Assembly: GCA_021836035.1 (NCBI GenBank)
Contig: JAKBJL010000004.1
Span: 3,841-67,840 of the forward strand
Direction of reading: 5' to 3'
DNA: 64,000 nt
Source: a bacterium
GTDB lineage: Bacteria; Patescibacteriota; Microgenomatia; JAMCZE01
Below are positions 52,700 to 60,349 of the stretch, piece by piece. Both the position numbers and the translations under genes were made by a program. The notes beneath the pieces are model-generated. The model had not been told where the DNA came from and ran no database searches. It worked only from the letters and a program-made list of their open reading frames with translations. The stretch's first letter is position 1, and each line of letters opens with the position of its first letter.

Positions 52700-54065
52700 G
52701 AGAAGAAATATTTTTTGGAAATAATTTCCAGGTCGGACAAAAATTGGGTTTTAAAATAATTTTACGCCTGGGAGATTTTTTCGGAAATAGGGAACGAAAA
52801 TGGATTTTGCCCGTGAGGTTATAATCACGTAATGTTCGTAATTCGCTAGCGACAGTGATCATTTTTTTGCTGGGAAAGTCGGATGATAAAGCCCACCTCA
52901 GTTTTTCCTTAAGACTCACCTCTTCAGGATCAAAAAGTATTTCTTTCTCGGAAAAAGCGTGGCCATTTCTTAGTAAAGGTGCAATTACCTTGGAAACAAG
53001 GAGCGGCTTAGCAAAAGAAAGAGCCAGGGACAGCGGACCGGAAGAGGACATTAATGTCCGGTAAGGCAAAACTACAAGATCAGCAGCTGAGAAATAAAGG
53101 GAAATCTTTTTTTCAGGAACAAAACCCGTAAGGGTAATATTATTTTGACCTTTAATCTCCCGGGATATATTTCTGATAAACTGCTGATAATGTTTTTCGT
53201 GGAGATGGTGAGGATTAGGTCCGCCGGCAATTACCAGCTGGACTTGGGATTTTAACTCGGGATTTTCCCTCAATAAATTCTTAAAAGCTTTGATAATAAG
53301 ATCCGTTCCTTTGTACCAGGTGATAAATCCAAAAACTAAAAATATTTTTTTATTCTGCAATCCTAATGTTTTAGCTGCTTGGTACTTATTAATTGATGGT
53401 ACATTTTTATCCACCCCATGTTCAATGGTTTTTATTTTGTCGTAAGGAACACCTAGTCTATGTAACCTGTCTGCTAGGGTTTGCTCAAGGACAATCACGT
53501 TATTATTGATAAAACAGGAAAGATAATAATAAAGCCTAATAGCGATGCTAAAAAAGAGATTCTTGAAAGATTTAGGATCTAGACCGAGGTGGCCGGATAA
53601 TTCGCATAGGTCGGTAATAACCTGATGTAGTACCAGGATGGTCCTTTTTCCTTTTAGACGATGATAGAGAGAAAAAAGCGGCAGACAAGCTGTTACCCAA
53701 ATATTGCCGAAATTATTAAATTCCAGCTGGATTTCAACAGAAGATATACTTTTGAATTGTTCTAGCTGTCTGTTTATTTCCGGTAAAATTCCCCATGATT
53801 GCCTTTTCCAGCAACGGATAACCAGAATTCCCCTCTCTTCATAGATGTCCGGTCGGTCAATTATTTCCGCCAAGACAATTGCTTTTACTTTTGATTGGCT
53901 AACCAACGGGATAATAAAATTTTTGGTGAAGCTGGCAATTCCGACTACATTATCTCCATAAAGCGTGCCTTTTGGGGGATAGCTGCTGATAACCGCGATT
54001 TTTGCGGCTTTCTGATACCCCTTTAATAATGCTGTTACCTTCATAACCACTACAAACAAGATCAA
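52683..54065 (-). CDS. Glycosyltransferase family 4 (GT-B, 'group 1')
   Basis: The C-terminal region VIAGGPNPHH...TLTGFVPEKKISLYFSAADLVVLPY is typical of a GT4 EX7E region. Confidence 0.75.
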   Translation of the reverse strand: MILFVVVMKVTALLKGYQKAAKIAVISSYPPKGTLYGDNVVGIASFTKNFIIPLVSQSKVKAIVLAEIIDRPDIYEERGILVIRCWKRQSWGILPEINRQLEQFKSISSVEIQLEFNNFGNIWVTACLPLFSLYHRLKGKRTILVLHQVITDLCELSGHLGLDPKSFKNLFFSIAIRLYYYLSCFINNNVIVLEQTLADRLHRLGVPYDKIKTIEHGVDKNVPSINKYQAAKTLGLQNKKIFLVFGFITWYKGTDLIIKAFKNLLRENPELKSQVQLVIAGGPNPHHLHEKHYQQFIRNISREIKGQNNITLTGFVPEKKISLYFSAADLVVLPYRTLMSSSGPLSLALSFAKPLLVSKVIAPLLRNGHAFSEKEILFDPEEVSLKEKLRWALSSDFPSKKMITVASELRTLRDYNLTGKIHFRSLFPKKSPRRKIILKPNFCPTWKLFPKNISSHEAAV

Positions 54066-54112
54066 GAAATCTGATTATTTCTTGACCTCGGATATAGAAC
54101 ACAGAAGAAAAG

Positions 54113-55069
54113 TTAGGGACAGTAAAAACTACCTTCTCCCGTTTGGATAGTAGTCGGTCCTTTAACTCTTACCGTCTCTTTACCGTTCCAATAATTAGCA
54201 ACTTGTCCCGAAGCGACATTAATCGATATCACTCCTCCGCTGTATTTAACTCCCCCTTCAGGAATACTAGTGGTAGAAACAATGTTTCCGTTAGCCCCGA
54301 ATACCTGGCAGACTTTCATTCTTGTTGTAGAATTATTCGCGTTGTCAGTCGGTTCGGTATTGATATTTGTCCAAGGGCTTACTTCGTTGAAATTATTGTC
54401 GATTTTTACCCACTTGCCGGCTTTAGAACTATCCCAATCGGTAGCTTTGGCATAAAGAGACATTTCCGCCACTTTAAATTCACCGCTAATTTTTGCTCCT
54501 TTGCCCCCCATCACTTCGTAAGTTTGTTTTTTACTATTATGGTCTATCCAGGCGTGGGCAATCATTCCTTCGGGAACATTCATCTCATAACCCGGAAGCG
54601 ATCCGTCGGTAGTCCTCATTCCAACAAATTTCCAGGAATTAGGAATAAATTTTCCGTCCGCGTCCTGTAAAGGCCACCATTGGTTGGTTGGCCCTCCGAT
54701 TTCTTGTCCGTTAACGGAAAAGACAGAGATCGTCGGAGTTTCAGTAGCAACCGGCGTGCTGGACTTTTGTGCCGCAGCGGTTTCTTGGGTATACTGTTGT
54801 TTTACCGCTGCGTTCGGTGTATTGGCAACGGTAGGTTTTTCTGCTCCCGGAGTGTTTGCTGCCGAAGCATGAGCTTCTGAAATTGCTGTTTTTCCCGCTA
54901 AAGGTGTAGGTTGTGGTTGCGCTTCTTCCCCGGGTAAAATCTTTCTTGCCCTTTCGAGCAACTCCCGTCCAAACAAAGTGCCCGCACAGCAAGCTACTAA
55001 ACCTCCCCCGACCAAACCAGTGATAAATTCTCTTCTTGTAGGATTATAATTTCTGATACGTTCACTCAT
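54113..55069 (-). CDS. Secreted protein with a twin-arginine (Tat)-like signal peptide, PT/A-rich linker and C-terminal beta-rich domain
   Basis: N-terminus NPTRREFITGLVGGGLVACCAG matches S/T-R-R-x-F-L-K followed by a hydrophobic h-region. Confidence 0.5.
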   Translation of the reverse strand: MSERIRNYNPTRREFITGLVGGGLVACCAGTLFGRELLERARKILPGEEAQPQPTPLAGKTAISEAHASAANTPGAEKPTVANTPNAAVKQQYTQETAAAQKSSTPVATETPTISVFSVNGQEIGGPTNQWWPLQDADGKFIPNSWKFVGMRTTDGSLPGYEMNVPEGMIAHAWIDHNSKKQTYEVMGGKGAKISGEFKVAEMSLYAKATDWDSSKAGKWVKIDNNFNEVSPWTNINTEPTDNANNSTTRMKVCQVFGANGNIVSTTSIPEGGVKYSGGVISINVASGQVANYWNGKETVRVKGPTTIQTGEGSFYCP

Positions 55070-55720
55070 TTATTTCACCCCCCTCCGGAAAAATAATAAA
55101 AGGGTATTTTTAGAGAAAAATAGTCCTGTGGATCCGAGGGCGATAATTCCCAATAGGAAAAATAGGGAACCTGCCGGACCGGTCGGAGGGAGAATTTGGG
55201 CGGCGAGAACCTTGCGCTGTAGGCAAACCTGAGAGCTGTCGTGATCGGATGAACCGTCGGCGGTGGCTGTGACATTATTAACAACGCAAAGAGTGGTCTG
55301 GCTGGCCGGGATTTGACTGGCCGGAACAACGACTACCCGAATTTCGCGGAGATCCGTAGCCCCCGGTGCTAGGTTATTAATGGTGTAATTCAAGCTTCCG
55401 GAAGCTAGCTGCAGAAAAGTTGGTAAAGTGTCGCTGACGCTAACAGTATCGAAAGTGGCATCGCCGGTATTTTTAACGCTGATATCAAAAACAACAATTT
55501 CGCCGGAAAGGAAAAGATGGTCGGTGAGGCTTAAATTGTCGACAAAAGTTTTGCTATCGGGATTCCAGACGGTTTTGTTGATCTGCAACTGCCCCGTTGT
55601 GGTACAAATCTGTGCCCCGCCGTATTGTGTAACACAATTGACGGAAGCGTTAACAGGAAAATGGACCAACAAAAGACAAGCGGCAAATGAAGCGGCAAAA
55701 ATCAGGACTTTCAACTTCAT
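55070..55720 (-). CDS. LPXTG-anchored surface protein with a DUF11-like repeat domain
   Basis: Signal peptide. C-terminal sorting signal LPPTG, followed by a hydrophobic stretch and RRGVK, the classic tripartite cell-wall sorting signal. Confidence 0.65.
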   Translation of the reverse strand: MKLKVLIFAASFAACLLLVHFPVNASVNCVTQYGGAQICTTTGQLQINKTVWNPDSKTFVDNLSLTDHLFLSGEIVVFDISVKNTGDATFDTVSVSDTLPTFLQLASGSLNYTINNLAPGATDLREIRVVVVPASQIPASQTTLCVVNNVTATADGSSDHDSSQVCLQRKVLAAQILPPTGPAGSLFFLLGIIALGSTGLFFSKNTLLLFFRRGVK

Positions 55721-55785
55721 GAATAAGCACGGGGGCAGCCGCGCTTGTAGTTTAAGATATAGGCCTACGTTTTGTCAAGTGATAG

Positions 55786-56532
55786 CTATGCTTCCGGGGG
55801 TTTGGCGGTAATTATTAGCCTTTGCCAGTCGGTATTGGGCGGCCAGCAGGTTTGAATATATAAAGCATTACTGTTTTCACTAGAGGTTAAAAATTGAAAA
55901 TCGTTGGGGCTGACTATCTGTTTATCGGTGACGCGGTAGAGATATACTCTTTTTTGGTAAACGAGATAGATATCGTCGCCTTTGTTTAAATAATTCAGCG
56001 GGTAAAGGAGCGTAGCCAGCGGATTATCGTTCCAGAGATAATCGCTGGAGTGCCCGAAGAGATAAATAAACCCTTTTTGCCCGGGTAGAGCTGTTCCCCT
56101 TGCCTGGGCCACTCCCATTTTTAAATCTGTCTCGAATGCTGCTTTGTTGTTCGGATCCACATCGGCTAAAATTTTGGAGTTAATTCCCACCTTAGGAATA
56201 ACCAGGCCAAAATCCTGATTGGCAGGAGCGACTCCCCCCGTGTCGCTGGGGCTTAGATAGGAGTTGTGGTTGGCTATGGTATTTGCCGCAAGCTGAATTT
56301 TATTAGTTGACAAATTTTGGAAGGCGGCTTGGTGGGGATGCCATAAGCGATAAGCCAGTTCTGCTCTGAATAGCGGGAAAAGAAAAAGTCCCAATCCAAA
56401 TAATGAAATCGCTATTAAAAGGAAGCCGGCTTTGCTGTGGTTAATATTTATAATTTGCCGATGTCGGACTAATCGGACGTCATAAACAACCAATTCGCCG
56501 TTTTCCCAATAGGGTACCGATTTCCAGAGCAT
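55786..56532 (-). CDS. Sortase (cysteine transpeptidase)
   Basis: N-terminal membrane anchor. Conserved His (IYLFGHSS), Cys in a TLxTC-like context (LYIQTCWPP), and a downstream Arg (WQRLIITA). Confidence 0.65.
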   Translation of the reverse strand: MLWKSVPYWENGELVVYDVRLVRHRQIININHSKAGFLLIAISLFGLGLFLFPLFRAELAYRLWHPHQAAFQNLSTNKIQLAANTIANHNSYLSPSDTGGVAPANQDFGLVIPKVGINSKILADVDPNNKAAFETDLKMGVAQARGTALPGQKGFIYLFGHSSDYLWNDNPLATLLYPLNYLNKGDDIYLVYQKRVYLYRVTDKQIVSPNDFQFLTSSENSNALYIQTCWPPNTDWQRLIITAKPPEA

Positions 56533-56590
56533 AGCTTGGCTCTAAAATGAACCAGCGTAATAATACCACATTTGGTATACTAAAAAAGGC

Positions 56591-57280
56591 ATGAGCGGAA
56601 TTTTTAATCTTTTTAACGCCGAATTTCTCATTACCTCCTTCGGCTTGGCTGGTATATTTTTTGTGGTTTTTGCCGAGTCGGGTTTGTTTTTTGGTTTCTT
56701 TTTTCCGGGCGATAGCCTACTGATGACTGCAGGACTCATCGCTTCCCGCGGCGATTTATCTCTTCCGGTATTGGTAGCGCTCAGCGCCCTGGCAGCCGTT
56801 TTGGGTGATTCGGTGGGTTATTGGTTCGGTAGAAAGACCGGAGAAAAATTATTTCAACGGGAAGATTCGCGTTTTTTTAAAAAAAGCCATTTGCTGAAAG
56901 CGCAGGATTTTTATAATCGCCACGGCGGAAAAACAATTGTTTTGGCTCGCTTCATGCCTTTTGTCAGAACCTTTGCTCCTATTGTTGCCGGCGCGGCGAA
57001 AATGAGTTATCCGACATTTTTAACTTACAACATTTTAGGCGGTACCGGTTGGGGGGTTGGTATGCCGCTGGTGGGTTTTGCTCTAGGAACTTGGTTAAGA
57101 GATCGCTTTACCCCCAAACAGGTCGATAATTATTTTCTCTTGATTGTTTTTATCGTAATTATTCTTTCAGTCCTGCCGACCGGATTACATATTCTTAAAG
57201 ACCGTCAATCAAGACAAAGCTTGTTAAGAAGTATCAAAAATTTTATTTATGCTTTACCTGGTCTCCACGCCGATCGGTAA
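56591..57280 (+). CDS. DedA-family (VTT domain) membrane protein
   Basis: GLFFGFFFPGDSLLMTAGL...LARFMPFVRTFAPIVAGAAKMSY. Confidence 0.8.
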   Translation: MSGIFNLFNAEFLITSFGLAGIFFVVFAESGLFFGFFFPGDSLLMTAGLIASRGDLSLPVLVALSALAAVLGDSVGYWFGRKTGEKLFQREDSRFFKKSHLLKAQDFYNRHGGKTIVLARFMPFVRTFAPIVAGAAKMSYPTFLTYNILGGTGWGVGMPLVGFALGTWLRDRFTPKQVDNYFLLIVFIVIILSVLPTGLHILKDRQSRQSLLRSIKNFIYALPGLHADR

Positions 57281-57929
57281 TCTGGAGGATATTTCACTTC
57301 GCGCCCTGCGGATTCTCCGGGAAGCCGATATTGTTTTAGCCGAAGATACCCGGCACACCGGCTTACTTTTAAATCACTACGATATTCCCCATAAGTCTAT
57401 GATCTCTTTTTATGAGGAAGTCGAAAATCAAAAGTTACCCGGATTATTAAACCTGATCCGCTCCGGGCAAAAAGTAGTTTTAGTTTCGGACGCCGGCAGT
57501 CCTTTAATTTCCGATCCCGGGTATAAACTGGTCCGAGAAATTCTCCGGTCCGGAGAAAAAGTTGCTGTAATCCCGGGAGCTTCAGCTTTGATTGCTGCTT
57601 TACAGATTTCCGGTTTACCCCCGGATAGGTTTGTTTTTCTGGGTTATTTTCCCGATAAGGTTTCTCACCAGAAGTTACTGTTAAAACTGGTCGGCGGTTT
57701 ACTGCAAATTATCAGTTTAACCGTAATCTTTTATGCTTCCCCGTATAAATTGAAGAATAATTTAGAGAGTATGGAAGAGATCCTGGGCGATGTGGAAATC
57801 GTAGTCGTCCGGGAATTAACAAAAATCTACGAAGAAGTTTGGCGCGGCAAGGTTTCGCAAGCCCGTTTAAAATTTGCTAAACCCAAAGGAGAATTTGTAG
57901 TACTATATAACAAAACAGCGAATATATAG
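57249..57929 (+). CDS. rsmI: 16S rRNA (cytidine1402-2'-O)-methyltransferase RsmI
   Basis: LYLVSTPIGNLEDISLRALRILREADIVLAEDTRHTGLLLNHY. Confidence 0.85.
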   Translation: MLYLVSTPIGNLEDISLRALRILREADIVLAEDTRHTGLLLNHYDIPHKSMISFYEEVENQKLPGLLNLIRSGQKVVLVSDAGSPLISDPGYKLVREILRSGEKVAVIPGASALIAALQISGLPPDRFVFLGYFPDKVSHQKLLLKLVGGLLQIISLTVIFYASPYKLKNNLESMEEILGDVEIVVVRELTKIYEEVWRGKVSQARLKFAKPKGEFVVLYNKTANI

Positions 57930-57970
57930 CGGAAAACTTATAGCGAATAACTGTTAATAGACTTAAGAAT

Positions 57971-58630
57971 ATGGTAACGGTAGCATCGGAAGAAAGCTTT
58001 TTAAAGTCGATTAAAGAACCCGGGAAAACGGAAAAACCCCTACCCAAAGGAGAAGCTAAAAGGCCGCTTCTGATTGTTTTTCGCCATGGCGAAACTTTCT
58101 ATAACCGGGAAAAATTATTCTGCGGCAAGTTCGACAGTTTACTTACGCCGGAGGGAAAAAGGCAAGCGGAAGTATTGAGGGATAAACTGGTGGAAATCCC
58201 TATCGATAACGGTATTATTGCTCCCCTCTCCCGCTGCCGGGAATCTTTAACGATAGCTCTGGGCAGCCGGTCGGAAATTCCGCAGAGGCCAGAACCGTTA
58301 ATTTACGAGCGGGATTACGGCAGCTTAACCGGTAAAAGCAAAGAGGCTTTATATAGAGAGAGCCCCCAAATGGCTTTAGAATACCGTCGTTCCTGGGAAA
58401 TTCGGCCGCCCGGCGGGGAATCATTACAGGATGTCTGGCAAAACCGGGTAGAAATATTTTGTCAGGAAACGGAAAAAGCAACCCGACAAAATAACTCCGC
58501 GACTATTATTTGCTGCACTAATAATACTATGAGATTAATAAGAATGTATTTTGAAAAATTAACAATTCCCCAAATGTTGGAATTGGAAAATCCCCTGGCG
58601 CAGGATTATTGCCTTTATCATCTTCCATAA
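57971..58630 (+). CDS. Histidine phosphatase superfamily protein (phosphoglycerate mutase-like)
   Basis: LIVFRHGETFYN RHGE motif. Confidence 0.7.
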   Translation: MVTVASEESFLKSIKEPGKTEKPLPKGEAKRPLLIVFRHGETFYNREKLFCGKFDSLLTPEGKRQAEVLRDKLVEIPIDNGIIAPLSRCRESLTIALGSRSEIPQRPEPLIYERDYGSLTGKSKEALYRESPQMALEYRRSWEIRPPGGESLQDVWQNRVEIFCQETEKATRQNNSATIICCTNNTMRLIRMYFEKLTIPQMLELENPLAQDYCLYHLP

Positions 58631-58673
58631 TTTTACTATAGACCTCAAGCATGATAAGATTGTTTTTGCCACT

Positions 58674-59309
58674 ATGGATAAGACGGAATCGCCGGAAAAT
58701 GATATTCAAAAAGATCCCCGACAGCTTAATTTTTTCCGCGAGGAAATTAATTCACGTATCGGTCCCCAAAGAGTAAGGATTTTAAGTTTACCCCCAAATC
58801 ACACGTATCCGGCTTTACAATCGTCTGAGTCTCATAGCGAATACTCTTTTTTAGAATCCGGTAAGTATTTTTGTATCACCTTGCGGTTGCCATGGGGAGT
58901 TTTAATCGTTAATCATCAAAATTATAAAGAGAGAGTGGAGGCCATCCCCGTAAGATGGCGTCCGAAACAAATGCCCCTGAAAAATTTATTTATTCGTAAT
59001 GCTTTAAGCTACAATAAAGATGATATCGAAAGATGTAAAAGATTAGGTATAAACAATTATTATGAGTTAGCCGGGTATGCTTTAGGAGTTGTGGACGTGG
59101 ATAAATATGTCCCCGAACCGGATTATTTTGGCATTATTAGTCCTCCGGAAATTAACCCCCGCGGAAGTTTCCTAAAAGGAAATACAAAGCCTAATTATCT
59201 ATGTTTCTTTTGCCGTCCCAGAGTATTTGAGAGGCCGTTGAAAGTCAACGAGGGCAACGGTATTTACCGGGTAGAAATAACGGAAAGGATTCGCCTGAGA
59301 AAATATTAA
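58674..59309 (+). CDS. Hypothetical protein (211 aa)
   Basis: ORF only. Confidence 0.35.
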   Translation: MDKTESPENDIQKDPRQLNFFREEINSRIGPQRVRILSLPPNHTYPALQSSESHSEYSFLESGKYFCITLRLPWGVLIVNHQNYKERVEAIPVRWRPKQMPLKNLFIRNALSYNKDDIERCKRLGINNYYELAGYALGVVDVDKYVPEPDYFGIISPPEINPRGSFLKGNTKPNYLCFFCRPRVFERPLKVNEGNGIYRVEITERIRLRKY

Positions 59310-60349
59310 TTCATCCCCAACTCTTTTAAACGGTTGTATTTAGCAATTCTTTCTCCCCGGGCAAAGCCGCCGAGTTTTACGTAATCAGCACCGATGGCCA
59401 GAGCGAAATCCACAATCCAGGTGTCATTGGTCTCTTCCCCGCGGTGTGAAACCACAATTTTAAGATTTCCCTCGCGGGCAGTTTTAACCGCTGCTAAACT
59501 GTCGGTAATTGTTCCGATCTGATTGGGTTTAATCACAACTGCATTCAGGGCTCGGAGTTCGATCGCTTTTTTAATCCGTTCTGGGTTGGTAGAAGTTAAA
59601 TCGTCACCGATAATAAGAACGTTATTACCGACATCTGCGGTTAATTTTGACCATTTTTCCCAATCCTCGTCGTTGTAGGGATCTTCTAAAGAGAAAAGCG
59701 GATAGTGAGAAATCAATTGCGGATAGTCTAAGGATTGATCTCCGGCAAAAGTATCGGCCACGTCCAGAGCAATTTTCTTTTGGGGAAAATTGATGCCGAT
59801 CGTTTCCAGAGCTTTGATATTATCCAAACTCAAAGGAGAAAAACCGCCCTCAGCTCCGACAGTAATTTCGGCGGTAACATCGGAAAGATATTGGCGCAAT
59901 TTCAAGTAATCGCTTCTGGCTTGCGTTAAAGAGTCTTCCAGGAGACAGAATTCCTGGATGGTCAAATTGGAATTACCATGTTTTCCGCCCTCAAAAGCCA
60001 AAAGAAATAATTGGGGAAAACGAACCGATGCCTGTGGCATACGGAAAGAAAACCGCCAGAAAGCAGCGGAAACAGCCAGGGTAATATTGCCGCCGAAAGT
60101 ATGGGCTTTTAATTCTTTATCCAGGGTTTCCTGGGTCCAGTCTTTACCGATTAATAATTGATTAATATCCGTGATTTGCCGGGAATAATTTTCCGGGGCG
60201 GTTTTGATTGCTTCGTATTTTCCGGCGGAAATGCCGGCAGGAACCGAAGCAAAACTTTTTAAGTTATTTTCCAGCTCTAAAATTACCTCCGGTGTTTCAC
60301 TGCCGCCGGAAGCATATATCTTGTTAACCGTTACACGATTAATTTTCAT
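59306..60349 (-). CDS. eno: Enolase, compact 347-aa variant
   Basis: GAEGGFSP, IKPNQIGT, SHRGEETND and KLGGFARGERIAKYNRLKEL, compared with canonical GDEGGYAP, IKFNQIGS, SHRSGETED and [22 protein letters not shown]. Confidence 0.8.
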   Translation of the reverse strand: MKINRVTVNKIYASGGSETPEVILELENNLKSFASVPAGISAGKYEAIKTAPENYSRQITDINQLLIGKDWTQETLDKELKAHTFGGNITLAVSAAFWRFSFRMPQASVRFPQLFLLAFEGGKHGNSNLTIQEFCLLEDSLTQARSDYLKLRQYLSDVTAEITVGAEGGFSPLSLDNIKALETIGINFPQKKIALDVADTFAGDQSLDYPQLISHYPLFSLEDPYNDEDWEKWSKLTADVGNNVLIIGDDLTSTNPERIKKAIELRALNAVVIKPNQIGTITDSLAAVKTAREGNLKIVVSHRGEETNDTWIVDFALAIGADYVKLGGFARGERIAKYNRLKELGMN

